Of a stretch of 64,000 bases of DNA, positions 25,809 to 42,024 are shown in pieces. Every line of letters starts with the position of its first letter. Within the stretch, counting starts at the first letter, position 1. This DNA is from Paramecium tetraurelia (taxonomy: Eukaryota). The notes under the pieces are model-generated. The model saw nothing but the letters and a program-made list of their open reading frames with translations. It was not told the origin of the DNA and ran no database searches. The position numbers were made by a program, and so were the translations under genes. The stretch spans positions 124,001 to 188,000 of the forward strand of contig CT868660.1 in the NCBI GenBank assembly GCA_000165425.1. The letters run 5' to 3'.

Positions 25809-28366
25809 ATGATTAGATCAGAAGGCATGAGTCTTTATTAGCTGCTGATTCCAAGAGAATCCTCCTATGATGTTATGAGTGAATTAGGCTAGATAGATAG
25901 TGTAATGATCATTGACCATCATCAGCACTTACTGTCTAAACCCTTTATTAATTAAGTTTAAAGGTAATTAAAAATACTAATGTTAGATGTGATGAAATAT
26001 TGAGTAAAGTAGAGTATCTAATCAATTAATTAAATCAAATAGGCTAGACAATAGAACACGTTTATGATTTCAAATTGATGTTGTAGGAAGTTCGATGTAT
26101 GAAAATATTAGTAATATAGAGAGTCCTATCATTCAAGTAAATTCAAAAACATACATTTATAAATTAAATTGAGGAATACATAACTGGAAAATATCAATAA
26201 GTTTAATAATAAATTGATACCCTATCTAGATTGAAATCTAAACTATAAAATACAATAGAGGCCAAAGAGGCTATGATTAACGCAAGGAGATGGTTGGGAA
26301 TAGCCTATTTCCATAGTAAATCAAGTACTGCATTAGACTTTGATGAATAAATGATTAAATCATATCATTAGCATGGAGGTATGATGCCTTCTTAGAAATT
26401 TACTCATTTTGTTGGAGTAATGGATGCCAAAGATTATTAAATCTTTTAAAGGACAGTGTTTCGTATCACAAAAGGTAATTTTATGGTCAATCAAACTCTG
26501 TTATCTGTTTCAAGAAGCTGTTTTCTATTGATATTTCCTTCATTTTCACTATAATCAGAAACCTGGAGAAAAATCAAAAAGCTCTGTGATGTATTGAAAG
26601 TAGACCACATTTCATTGCCATTAACAGAGGAATAATGGGATTAAAGATATTGTGATTATGACAAGGAGATAATTGAAATAGAAAACATGGATAAATTGAC
26701 TAATCAATTACTATAATCCATTTTAAAACCATTATTGGAAGATGGAAATGCATAACCATCATTGCTATTCATCCGATTTTATTTAGTGAGAGAAAGGACT
26801 CTATATGAAAATTTGAATAAAGTAAAGATGCAATAGAGTATTTTTCTAGCAAATTTATGGGTAAGGACAAGTGAAATTTAATTATTAGAAGATATTCTTT
26901 AAACAATTAAAATGAAGAATCCGCATATTCCTGCTCCTTAAATTAAAAAAAATGCAATTGCAAATTAAAAACCACCAACTTTTTTTTAAACCAACCAATT
27001 TAATAAATTATTCTAATTGATTACTGAAACTTATGGAATTCCTGATTATAAAGAAATAAACCCTTCAATATTCTCTATAATTACTTTTCCATTTCTTTTC
27101 GGAGTTATGTTTGGAGATATTGGTCATGGAGCTGCCATTTTGATATTTGGAATATTTTTATCTCTGAATAAGATCTTTTCTCCAAGATCAGAATAAAAGA
27201 TGCTTAGAGAGCAAAGAATTTAATTGGGCTAACAAATAAAAAAATAGATAAACTCAAAGGACTTTAATGATGAGGATCTCAATACTGATTTCAATTTAAC
27301 ATAGATAATTTTTGATTTAAGATATATGTTGTTACTATGTGGAGCATTTTCTCTATATACTGGATTTATTTATAATGAATACTTTGGACTTTCTCTAAAT
27401 ATCTTTGGATCATGCTTAAATAAAACTGATTGCACATATCCTTTTGGACTTGATCCATAATATGAGGATCTAAACTTTAGAAATTCATACAAAATGAAAT
27501 TGGCTATTATTATTGGTTTTTGTTAAATGCTATTAGGAATATTATGTTCAGGATTTAACTACTTTTATTTTAAAAAATGGATCAATCTTTCGATAATTTT
27601 CCCAGCAAGACTCTTATTTTTCACTTTATTCATTGGTTATATGGTATTGTTAATAATAATAAAATGGTCTACATTCCATATAGATACATCTTAATCACCA
27701 AGTATAATTACTACTTTGGTTGACATGTGGATGCATGATGGATAAGTTACCTTAAAAACATTTGAGTCTGCTGATTTTCAAGTTCAATTGTAAAAGATCA
27801 TAATTGTTATTTGCATTTTATGTATACCCTTTCTATTATTTGCTCCAATAATCGCTGATATTATTGCTATGTTGAGAAGGAAAAAGAAAGATCCTAAAAG
27901 TCTATAAGAATTTGAAATGGTTCCTTAGAATATGAATAGTGATTCATCAAACGATGATATTATCTCTGAGCAGTCCTAACATACATCCTATATTGATATT
28001 ATAGTTGAACATCTTATAGAAACCTTAGAATTTGCACTTGGATGCATCAGTAATACTGCTAGCTATCTGAGATTATGGGCACTGTCTTTGGCTCATTCTG
28101 AACTAGCCAAAGTGCTATTTGATTTGACCTTGAAAGATCCAATCGCAAATGCTAATTTACTTGCTTCTCTTGTAGGAATGCCTGTTTTTTTATTGTCCAC
28201 TTTAGGTATTTTATTATGTATGGATTCAATGGAATGCTTTTTGCATGCTCTGAGACTGCATTGGGTTGAATTTTAAAATAAGTTTTATAAAGGCAATGGA
28301 TATAATTTTGAAGTTTTTTCATATAGAAAAGAAATGTAGAAATATTAGGAGAAGATGAAATCTTGA
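25809..28366 (+). CDS. V-type H+-ATPase V0 subunit a (divergent isoform)
   Basis: [76 protein letters not shown]. Confidence 0.95.
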
Positions 28367-28606
28367 TTAATGCACCGAATTAGATGATTTTCTTTGTAAT
28401 TATTATATTTATTTATAAACAAGACTCAAATCCTAATTCTATTGATTTTCAAATATTTTAACTAGTCGAATTATATTTATAAATTTTATCGTATTTTAAT
28501 ATATCGTATTAGTCAAAAGCAGATAATATTGTATATTTTAAATTGAAATTCTTGATTATGTAAATATATTATAAATCATAATATCTAAATAGAAAGTTTA
28601 GATATT

Positions 28607-29026
28607 TCATTTATCGCTAACTTGTGCAATTTTTTTGCATAAATGATCTTTAATTGTTTTGACAGAGTGAGATAACTAATCCAAAAAGAATTATATGGAT
28701 TGACATTATTCTAGTTTCTGCAAACTATTAATAAATTCACTTTTGCTAAGAAGACCACTTTTTTTTTATTTTCGCTTACGAATTTTTTTGTTAGATTTAC
28801 AAACAACTATTTCAGAGTCTTTGGTGCCAGAATTATCATAGTGAGAGAAGTTATGATCAATCTAGCATCCATAATTTGAGAGATTTTCAATTACTGAAAG
28901 TTCAGGACTATGCAATCCAAACAATGAAAGACGCATATTTCTATCCCATTATAGTTGATTATGATAATCTTCTTCAGTATCGATTTCTTATTCATACGTA
29001 TTGCTTATCAAATGGCTAATCTCCAT
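28607..29026 (-). CDS. Small hypothetical protein (acidic N-terminus, basic patch, C-terminal helix)
   Basis: Intronless 139-aa frame MEISHL...KKIRKRKQKK...QVSDK*. Confidence 0.6.
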
Positions 29027-29621
29027 TTAGAATTATAATATATGTAAATATTATTGTCAGCAATAATATTTTAATTAAAAAACGTTGGGAACGTCTCCAA
29101 AATTAATTAACTTTAAATTTCTAATTCATTTTATTCATCGCTCCATTCTAGTGTCAAAAAGATATTAAAGTATTCATTTCTGTTTTCAAAAGCATCTATT
29201 TCCAATATCTAATTGATTTAACGACACCAGCACATCATTAATCATAAGAATCTGAATTTAATCTGAATCCAAAATGACAGTTTTCTAAATATTGTATAGT
29301 ATACTCAAATATAACCAAATTTTGCGGTTTTTTAATAAATCACTGTTCTCCAAGAATGCCATTTGATTAACACTTTCAAATTATTAGTTTAATAGAAAAA
29401 TGAGGGTCTTCGTGTATTGTCATTTCTAAATATGGAAGTGCAGTTTTTTTTATTGAACTTTTATTATTTATTATATTCTTTACAAGTATAAATTAAGGCA
29501 AGTACAGCTGTAAATTAAACTTGGTAACCACTCTTTGTATTAATTACTCAATAATAAATATGATTATAGCATAATGTCGTTTCGATTAAATATATTTATA
29601 AGAACATATAACTAAATAAGA

Positions 29622-30080
29622 TCATACTCGAGATCCTTTTTATTGGACATTAATTAGAAGTTTATGTTTGACCTGTCCTAAGATTCCTTCCAAGTTATCG
29701 ATTAATTACTTCATCTATTGGAATTGTTAGATTTGTTGATTTGGATTACTTTATTTGACTGAAGAAAAGAAATCCCTTGCAGCATTTAAGATTGGGTTTT
29801 TAGTTTTTGATTATTTTTTGAACTTTTTTGTTTTTTTCTCTATTTTTTTGGTCATCTTGAGCATTTGTTCTACAGGTTCGATGGGATTATTGAGATCTTG
29901 ATCCTCATCTATAGTGTCTGATTAAAACGGTAGCTGCAATAACGAAAAATCCTCTTGGAGGTATTTGACCCTGGGAGAAGGTCGTCCCAACAATAAAGGA
30001 GAAGGGAAGATTATTTGATTCGAATATTCGTCCCAAGTATTGAGATCTTGAACTTCATCATCTAAGAATGTGTTCTCCAT
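29622..30080 (-). CDS. Small hypothetical protein (acidic N-terminus, basic patch, C-terminal helix)
   Basis: Intronless 152-aa frame MENTFL...KKIEKKTKKFKK...GSRV*. Confidence 0.65.
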
Positions 30081-30939
30081 TTATAAATTTTATTACTAAA
30101 TATCTTTTCATTCAATTAAAAATATAAAGACCAGATTTTCCCGTTAATAATTAATCATCATAATTAATTTACAATTTTTTAGTCTTATAATATCATCCTA
30201 TTCATATTAATAGCCATCTATTTTACTAAGCTTGTGTTTCATAGTATGTATTGTAGTTCAATTAGAAATAATATATTTATTGATTTTATAATAAAATAAA
30301 TGGATCTAAATTTCTGTGCTATGTGATATAAAACAATATGTCAGAGCATATTACTTTATATAAAATTGATGTCCTCTGCTTTTTGGGACATTTCAATAAG
30401 TAGGATTTTCTCAGAAGTATTTGTTGTACTCATTCTTAATTTGGACTAAATTTTCATTGTGTAATTAGAGATAAAAAGACACCTGAGATTTGCAAGAACT
30501 TTTCAAAAGGGAGACAAGCAAATAATAGGAAAAAAGTTGGAGGATCAAAATTAGTGTTTATTTGCTAATGGAAACAATAAATAGACGGTGAATAGCCTGT
30601 GAATTGGAATTTCTATAAAAAAAGGAATGCAGATACTATCAAAGATTGGCACATGTTCTTTTAGTTAAAGATACTGACACCTATATTTAGAGATGAAGGA
30701 CAAGATCAAATGGTGAGGTGTTACTTAGAGAAGTAGTTCAAAATCATTTTGGTTCCCTTTGCTTTTGCATAGGGAAGATAAGTCATAATTCAATCATTAT
30801 AGTGAATGGATATAGTAAAATTTTAAAGAGTATTCAAAGATTATCGAGAAGTAGAATAACTATAATATTTTAAACATCTTTACGTTTGGGGAAATTATGT
30901 TTTAATAAATAAGATATAAATATATGAACAAGTCAAGAT

Positions 30940-31372
30940 TCACTTGATCTTTTTAAATTCAGGATTACTTTTTAAGATGGCCTGATAGAATGTATCTTAT
31001 AATTTGAAAGCTTTATCTCTTAATTCTTCCATGCATTTCTTCAGACACATATTTTACTTAAGATTATCTTGTTGGTAGGAATCTTTGCATTTTTATTAGC
31101 ATCCTTAATCTTCAATTTCAATCTTATTGAATGACTATTGCAATTGAACAGAGTTCGATTACATTCTCTCATCAATTCCAGCGAAACATTTATAATACAA
31201 ATCAGGCTATTAGGTATTTTATTTGAAACAATTGATTTTTTCATCCAAAGTTTATTTCTATTGTGAGATTGAATAGTACTTGGTAAAGATTATAATGAGG
31301 ACTATATTTGTTTCTTAAATCTGTAGTTAAATTCTTGTACATCATCCTGATTTCTGTTTATTAATCGTCCAT
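30940..31372 (-). CDS. Small cysteine-pair helical protein, FAM136A/DUF842-like
   Basis: CFKQ...YKCF followed by GCQQKC...MCLKKC (twin CX3C); 1 intron. Family assignment is inference from the Cys pattern. Confidence 0.55.
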
Positions 31373-31406
31373 AATTAAATAAATTATTTTTATTAAAAAC
31401 AATATA

Positions 31407-32649
31407 TCATTTATTTTTAATAGTTTCTGTATTAGATGTTTAAGCCTCTGGCTTCTCTGGGTCTGCATTATAGGCCCAAAATTGAAGAAGAGATTTATCA
31501 AGATAAGCCTTTATTAAAACACTTAATGTGCATCCTGGAACTAAATACAACAAGGCTGGTTAAGCATGACCTGTTAAATTCATAACAGCCAATGTAGTCA
31601 CAATTCCTATAGCATAACCTACAAAACACCATAAGAAATAAGGGATATTGATTTCTGAAATCTTTTTTACTTTTTCAATTTGTCTATCAACATCATACTT
31701 AAGACACATTCCAACAAAGATACCAGGAACGACAATATCACCTAAACCTAGAATACTGTATTTTGTAAATGGATTTCCTTCGTCATTCAAGGCAGTAAAT
31801 GGGAATTGTAATTTAATTGGAGCTTCAATAGATTTTGCAACTGTAACCATCACATCAGTTCCATAAACCCAAAAAATGTCATAAAAAAAGAGTCCCCAAA
31901 GCATCAAATATGCTATCTTAATATAATAACATCTACGTAAATACTTTGAAATTTGGTATGACAGTAAAATTTGCAACTCCTGAAACAGTGAAGGCTATTC
32001 CGAATAAATTATTGCAAATCCAATTCTTTGATGCTAAATACACGCCTAAGGGGAACATTGAAATAAATAATGATATGAAATTCAACTTAGTTAATTAGAT
32101 ATCTATTTCCTTGCTTGTCAATATCAAATTTAAATTGAATTTCTTTCCTACTACTATTTTAGTTGAATATTCAATTGGGAATAATCTTTCAATGGCATCT
32201 TCTATGATTCCCATCAAACATAAGACCTTTAATGTAATAGAATTTAATTACTCCTACTGCTGAGAAGAATAAAGTTATGGCAGTCTTGAGAATTGCTTCA
32301 TCTAGATATTTCAACAAAAGATAGAGTCCAAATAAGTAGGCAGATAGATAGATTGGAAATTGTAAAGCATCCTTTTATGTCATTTTCTCTTCTGACTATT
32401 TTTCTTCCTTCTCCAACTTATTGTTTTCTGCTTTACATTTCAATATATACATTTGTTATATATGATTTTAGATGTTGCCATAGCTCCTATGTACAGACAA
32501 GCCAAAGATTGAACAACTAATGATATACCTGGACGAACCTCTGTCAGCAGTGTTATCACATGTATTAACACTAAGCTTGCCAAAGATAAGTACACATATT
32601 GTGGTCTTAAGAAATGGGTTAGAGGTTTGAACTCTTAAGAAGGAGCCAT
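31407..32649 (-). CDS. SPP: Signal peptide peptidase (GxGD aspartyl protease, HM13/SPP)
   Basis: LFFYDIFWV, LGLGDIVVPG, QPALLYLVP. Confidence 0.95.
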
Positions 32650-32681
32650 TATTTTACACGTATTAAAAATAATTTTATTAT

Positions 32682-33351
32682 ATGCTGACAAAATAATTGC
32701 AATTATTGAGAAGTGTGGCATTCTTTGCAAGAGCTACAGGAGGTTTAGATAGTGAAATTTATGTTAGAAAATCCCATAAATACCTACATTCAATCTACTA
32801 AAAAGAATCACCAATCGAACATGCATAGCAAATTGTAAAGGATTTTAAATTGACTTTGGGATAAAGGTATCAACTACTTATTTAAATCCTTAAGATACTA
32901 ACATGGATTTGAACCTGAGGAAATGAAAGAGGCCTCTCCGTTAGTTCAAAAAGCATTTGGACTTAATAATGCTACTGATGGCTAAATTGTTGCATATCGA
33001 ATTTAACAAGCAATTAAAAAATATTAGAAATGGCCATTAGACACTGCAAGTGCTTTAGTAAAAGCAGCTGTATTGAATGAAAGAGTCATCAGCTTGATGC
33101 ATCACATGGAAAAAAATAGGTAAGACAAATATTGTGCTTTGACACTTACAAAATTATTGGCTGATAGAAGAAAGGCTATGCATTACTTGAGAATTCATGA
33201 TTATTAAGGATTCAATTGGTTGGTTGCTGATTACGGTTTGAAAGATCTGAAATACCACAATCATCAATACTTAAGATATAGACATGTCACAGCCACCAAA
33301 ACCAAAAGATATACAAGAAAAGATACAAACAGAACCAGATGGGCATTATGA
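32682..33351 (+). CDS. MRPS15: Mitochondrial ribosomal protein uS15m
   Basis: Basic presequence-like N-terminus; DTASALVKAAVLNERVISLMHHMEKNRQDK...RRKAMHYLRIHDY fits the S15 pattern. Confidence 0.8.
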
Positions 33352-33525
33352 GATATTAATATTAGTATTTTATGAAAGAAGAATAATCTATTTATTTATA
33401 TCTCGAATTTAATTTACTACTCAATTTTCTTGTTCTTTCTCAAAACAATATGAGATCTTCTCTATTTAGATCGACAATATTCTTTTGTAAAATCAATTAT
33501 TTATTGGTTTCATAATATTTCTCTT

Positions 33526-36007
33526 TCACTATTAGATTATTCTCTTGCACATAGATTTCAGCAGTTATTATAATTTATTCAATATCTTTAAGTGAAACAA
33601 TAGAATCTAAATTCTCCATACATTTGAAGAATTCGGTTTTGCCTTTGGATCCTAATAAAATCTATTTATTTATAGTCTTCGCAATAACCCATTTAGTCAT
33701 CTTTGAATCCTCCCTACACAATATATTACTTTGACTTCCTGATAAATATTGTATAGGAAAAGGTTAGGAGTTTCCCAAATTTGAATTATCATACACAATA
33801 TTTAGTTTTTGCCATTAAAAATAGAAACTATCTTTTTAAGTAGTCAGTTGATAAGCATAATACTAATAAATATTTACAATAGGCCTGCTATAGCAGTTAC
33901 TTTAATTGTTATAATCTCCTGGTAGGAAAATGTATTATTATGGTTCTTGATTAGATGACAGTACAAACATATAAGGCCAAGGGAAAAATGATCCTTTAGC
34001 GAAAAGCACTTCCTTTGATATTATGTATGAATGAAATCCCAATGTAGCCAACTACTCCACTTTGACTATCTCCATAACGTTGCATATTGATCGATCGCTA
34101 TTTATAATTAAAGAGATTTTACTTTGAAAGTTCTCCTCCAATCACCATAAAATCAGTGTCTGAGATGGGTGAATTTTAAACAACACATGGACCCCTTCGA
34201 TTTTTTAATAAATTTGATATTCGATATTAATCCCTTAGGATAAATTTTTGTTTTGCCAAATTTTAATCTTCTACATAATTATAGTCTTTGTTCCTCTCTA
34301 TTATTCTTACAATGGGATTATCGAGAAGCTGTATCTCCAAAATAATATTGCTGTTTAAAGAATGGATATAAACAATTTTATAATCTTTCTGGTATTGATT
34401 GTTTTACGTGATCATCTTTTTGACAGATAAGCTAGCTCTGTTGTGGGAATCAATCAATAACGAATTATCAACATGCTTATTTAACAGTATTCTTTGGCTG
34501 ATTGCTTAATATAACTATAGAATACCATTAAAATTCGTATTAAGCTTCTTAAATATGGGTGTAATATAAATAATAGAGATTTTTTTCAATATCATCTTAT
34601 TTCAAAATAACGACCATTTCAGCATCGTAATCAACTAGCAAGATTGAATAAAATAGGAATTACAACTTTTTTTACTTATAATATAAGTGAGTCTTTCTGT
34701 AAATTTCATTTTTGTTCAAAATCATTAATGTTGATTCTTATAAGAATTCTTCAGATTATATTTAGGTGTTGTTCATGAACAAGCTCCTTAATTCTCTCTA
34801 ATACATGTTTAAGAATATTGGATCCAACTTCACTTGAATTTATATATTAACAAATTCCTGCAACCAATTTATGTATTTTATTGGATTCTAATATCTATAT
34901 GTATCCAAATCAAAATCCAATTTGGATTTTATTTTATTACCTATAGTTCCTTAAAAGATACAATTTATAAACCTGACCAAATCTTAATTTTAACCATAAG
35001 TTAATTATTTCAACTCTATAGGAAATCCAGACTCTGGATCTAAAAGTACTAAATGGATAAACAGCTTTTCTTGCGCTAATTTACAAAATTTCTAAATGAC
35101 TCGCCGTAAACAATCATCATCAAACTATATAAATTGTTTTGAGGACTACATTAGAATAGAGAAACTTACATTTGCACTAAGAGATTTTGCTATTGACAAT
35201 ATATATATATTTGAGTTAATTCCCTTGATCAATTTTTTTATATGAAGTCTATATATTAACTTGAATTGATCCCATGAAAATATCCCATAATTAAAATATA
35301 TATTTTGAAATTTCCTTTCAGAAGGTAATTACTTTTATTATTATAAGTGTTGAAACACCTTGAAATTTACATAAAAGTAATTCAATTTCTCTTAAAATTC
35401 CTATTAGAGTGTCTCATCACAATGATCAACTCCTGTTAAGTTAATAAATACAATCTTTTTATCTAAATAATAATTAAAAAAAACTTGATTTCAAACTCAT
35501 TTAACATGCGCCTAAGAAACAATCATTGTATTTTCTTATCTCATTTTATATATCAAAGATCAATATATTACCTAATGTTTGTTTCATTTGCTGTATAATT
35601 AAAAAAGATATTTTACTAATTGCTGTGCTTCTTAAATTTGTTCAAAGAGCCTCTACGAATTTTCCGATTAAAAAAATGGGTTAGGATTAGAATTCTTTGA
35701 ATATTATGGTGTTCTAACAGCCTGGCTAAATTGTAGGTTTTTTAAAGCTAATTATGGCTATGTTGTAAATTATCTCAAAGAAGTTGTTTCCAACATATTA
35801 AACATATTATCCGATAATAGTGATAAACTATCCTTAACTTAAGCAATTTGATGTTATTCTTTGTCGCTTATCACAATTGACAATGCATAGATAGAATTCG
35901 CAATTGTTGATAATGTTCCTTCTTTCTTTTGTTATAGCTATTTTTATTAATATTTTGCTTACTTGTGAATAATTTTATTATATTAAGTCAGGGAATTTTG
36001 GATTCAT
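33526..36007 (-). CDS. Hypothetical protein: degenerate HDAC-like fold plus possible beta-propeller
   Basis: KKIVFINLTGVDH...FQNIYFNYGIFSWDQFKLIYRLHIKKLIKGINSNIYILSIA...CKLAQEKLFI; later FMVIGG and YIFLPG. Exon structure partly uncertain. Confidence 0.55.
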
Positions 36008-37658
36008 GGCAATTAATGTAATTAAATATAATATAAAGTATTCATAAACACAGTCAAGATGATTTGACCAAAACAAGTTAAAGAACACAACAAGCTAGAT
36101 GAATCATTGATATATGTAATCAATTTAATCCTAATGGATTGTTTTGAAATAAATTCATCATAAAAATTTAAGATATCTCAACACTCGATTAGGCTGTTTC
36201 AATGGCTGATTTCACAAATTTCTGCTCAGCTATATCCACAAAATTAATCTATTCTAATGTTTCAAGAATCGAGATTTATTAAATTTTTTTAGAATCAAAA
36301 ATATGTACATCAGTTGTGCTTTGAGATAGGCTTCACTCAGGTTTCAAAGGCGGAAAAGAGAATTTTGAATTTTTTCATTTTTATTTTGTAACATCAAAGG
36401 ATAAAAAACAATTTCCAAATTCATTTAGAGGTTGGTTAGGAATTTGAAGAAAAGTGAAAAACTTTAATAATCCACCCTGTTTTAAGCAATATTGCTATCA
36501 AATTAATTAATCTATGATGATATTTTATTAATAGAATAAAACTGTATAACTCTCACTTACTTTTAAAATTTTACTACGTTTGAAATTTGATGTGCAATTA
36601 AATAATCTAATCTCAATTTAAAATTAAAATAATATTCTATTAAGGTATCGTAATAAATGATAGTTTTATCTTTAAAGGTAAATAAAGAAAGTTTTATGGC
36701 AGAGTGTTTTAATAAATTCTAAATTAATGTTAAGATTGCCTCAACTAATAAGTGTTATATATATGGCTTTTGTGAATCCATCCCTTATTTTAATAGTCCT
36801 TTTTACTTTTTGAGATTAAAAATTCACCAAAAATTTATAGTTCCACTATTTAGCAATAATTCACCATTCCTTCTTATTCAAAAATCTATCAATAATTTGA
36901 TTTCCTTAATGTGTTCGCGCTTATCTAGTTTTTAAATTAAAATTAGTAATAAGAAATATTAATACAAATTATTAAACATAAAAGTACTTTTTCTTTAGTA
37001 TTATTTTAATTTTAATAGCATTTATATTACAAGTTGTTATTTTTTAATAAAAACTTGAATATTATATTAGCCTCCCAGTTTTTTGGTTTTTACCATGAAA
37101 ATATGTTATAATAGTGTTTCAATACATCAATTCATGGTGGCTAATTTTTCCAAAAGTATCAAATTTTAGATATTAACAAAATAAACTCGTTCTACTAAAA
37201 TTTTGTTCTCTATCGATGAAATTAATAGGGCAAATTCGATAATATTTGTAACTTCTTAGTGTTATCTATGCTACATTTCCAAATATGGAAAGAATCTCCA
37301 ATTTCTATCTCAGAAAATGAATTTGAAACATTGTCATTTTTAGCTAAGTGTGTAGTGAAATAATCTTTGAAATCTAATAAAAAACATAGAAATTCAAATT
37401 TTGAAGGACTAACAATGCTTTTGAATTCATAACCTGGATCTGTTTTGATTTAACTTTGTTCTATTAAAATAGGAATTCTTTTAATATCTAATTATCTTTT
37501 TTTTATTATAAACATGAGGTATATCTAGAGTTTGTTTAGATATGAATGTAAAGAGAATGATAATATTTATATCAGCAGAATCAAAAACCTCATGTTCATA
37601 CTAAAAATCAATCATAAATTAATTACTATAATTAAAAATTATATAATATTTATTTTAA

Positions 37659-39453
<1,795 letters not shown>

Positions 39454-39723
39454 TTGATAATAATATAAAATAAGTTAAGAAAATTATAATTTATATTAAC
39501 TCAATCACCGACATTAAGAAATACTAACATTAATATTCAATATTTTATTGTCAATATCAAAAATGTGTAATAAATGAAAATATTTGATCATAAATAGCTG
39601 AGTTATACTAGATATATTTATATGTTAAAAAATATTATATATTAATCCAATTCTACAAGATTCTCTTATAAACATATTGCGAAATAAGTTGAAAATATTA
39701 ATATATAATTTATATAAAAATAT

Positions 39724-40714
39724 TCATGCGTAATAAGGATCTTATGCAGATTTTTTACGAAGAAAGTAATCACGAGCATAATCCTTTGGATTTTTCAGTT
39801 TACTTTGCAAAAACTAATGATCTTCTGAATTCTGGATTATAGAATATTATTTGTTACTTTAGAAAGAGATTTTCTTCTTTTAAAGAAATCGAATTGGAAT
39901 TCTTCTTCTTCAGTATTACTACTTAGTTCTGAACTAGAGTTTGTAGCTTATAAATCAAATTAATGTCTAACTTATGATTTTACATCCTTAATAATCTTTT
40001 CTATCATTCCTTTTTGGCACTTGCATTTTCCTTATATCATCTCTAATGATTATTTTAAAGCTAAAAGAGAGTTCTCATTATCAATCTTCTATTTTATTAA
40101 CAGTTCTTCCAACCATTCATTTTTTTAACTTAACTAAGAAACCTCATTTTAGAATTCTTTTTAGATGGATTTCACCTTATTTTTTAAATCATGTTCTCTT
40201 TATTTGTAACGATTCAATTCGTTTGCTAATAATCTATTTGAAATAGTTAGTTCCTTAATCTATTTCTCTAATTAGGGATTCTTTTTTATTCCAGGTCTGA
40301 AATGAAGTTCTGATGATTTGTGATATTCTATTGCATTCTCTACAAATTTTAAAAATTCAGACTCAGATGAATTTGTTTCTCTTTGAACTGAATCCCTCAT
40401 AAAATCACTATCACTTTTAGAATTACTCATCTTAAAAAATTAATCAAATAATTTTTCTCCTTCTAATTCTTCCAAATCCGTTATTGGAGTACCTTGTCTG
40501 TAATTATTCTAAAAAGAAGATATAGCTCTCTGATGTTTTATTGTGTCTGAAGGATTATGTTAAAACATCATTTAATCAAGATTTTCTTAACGTAATCCAA
40601 ATGACTATTAATCATTTGGAGTTCTCATTTGTCTGAGTTCTCTAGAATTGATTAATTGTTAATTATACTTGCATAATTGATTGTTTGCTTTCCTGACAGT
40701 TAACTAAGAGACAT
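39724..40714 (-). CDS. Hypothetical coiled-coil protein
   Basis: Open frame after 1 intron; Ser-rich region followed by a heptad region. Confidence 0.6.
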
Positions 40715-41364
40715 TTTAATTAAAATAATAAATAAAACCTAGATACAATATTTACTCATCTCATAATAGTAATATTTACATTAATAGGTATAAACTAAAG
40801 CATACACCTATTTAAAGATTTGTGTTAACCAAAATTTAAGGATTTAAAATAAACAATTATTATTTGGATGAAATTTAATGAAGGGTTTGGTGTAATAAAT
40901 ATTGCTCATCAAAATAATAAAAAAAACTATAGTTAAAAAGATAAAATAATGGGATAAAGTTGAATCTTATTAGATGAAGCTTTTTAAAAAGTATATGATG
41001 ATAAGATTGTTGGAGTATTAAAGGCTTCGATAAAATGATATTAAAGGGAAGAGATAGTATTTAAGATTATATATCTAATAATTATACAAAAACTTTATTG
41101 ATAACTGAGGTAGATTTTACTCATAAAAAAGGAAAAAGTTTATTTGATTGCACTTTTAGAGTATTTAGAGAAGTTAAATTTCATTTAACAGATGAATAAT
41201 TTATTCTTTATCCTAAGATTTTACTAATACCTTTCCACTTTTTATAACATTTAGTCCATTTTGAGATAATATGGTATATTAATAATGCCTCACATCATCC
41301 AATTCAAGAGATTAAGTATGAGGATAATGGAAGAAGGACTGGGACATTGAATTTTATGAATATA

Positions 41365-42024
41365 ATGAAATTACTAATATTAGCCATCCCTCTCCTTCTC
41401 TTCAATAGCGGTAGATTGACTGCAGATATTTATGTTGAATCACTTTGCACCTATTGTAATGCTATTACAACATCAGACATTGAGAAAATGGTATATATTT
41501 TTATAATTGATTCCATATGGAAATACTAAGAGATATGTTGTTGATGGAAATGGTTATTTACTTTTTAACACGGAAAGGCCGCTTAAGATAGTATTCAGCA
41601 AGCATTAGGAATTGTAGTCGCAGAAATTCCAAAAGCATGAGTTGTCTATTGCATCCAAAATTTTATTTAAAAACCTTACGCGAATAATTCATTTGTTTAA
41701 ACTACATCTCAAAGCGAATAATATTTTCCTTATAATGCAAATCATGTCTTCGATTGTGCAAATGTAATATATTTTATTAAATATCAGACTTCTTATGGAG
41801 AATTGTTACATTTAATTGCTGCTAATGAAACTCATAATTTAGTTCCTAAACATATAGGAGTTCCCTGGGCAGTAGCCAATAGTCAATATACTGAGGAAAC
41901 TGGCGATGAGATTATTAATAATTTGCTTAGATGGGCATTTAAAAATTATGATGGAGAAAAATTGCTGTTTGTTAAACTTAACAAGAATGATTTAATAATT
42001 AATATAGATAATCACATAAATTAA
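41365..42024 (+). pseudogene. GILT (lysosomal thiol reductase) pseudogene
   Basis: Signal peptide, DIYVESLCTYC (CxxC), IPYGNT, QHG and GVPW are present but fall in different frames with apparent deletions. Confidence 0.75.

Noticed and set aside
30300..30810. Plus-strand open frame with GKKVG-like fragments
   Set aside because: Looks like a decayed repeat-family remnant; no product can be supported.
36020..37600. Coding-like fragments
   Set aside because: No coherent spliced frame or recognisable motif found by eye.
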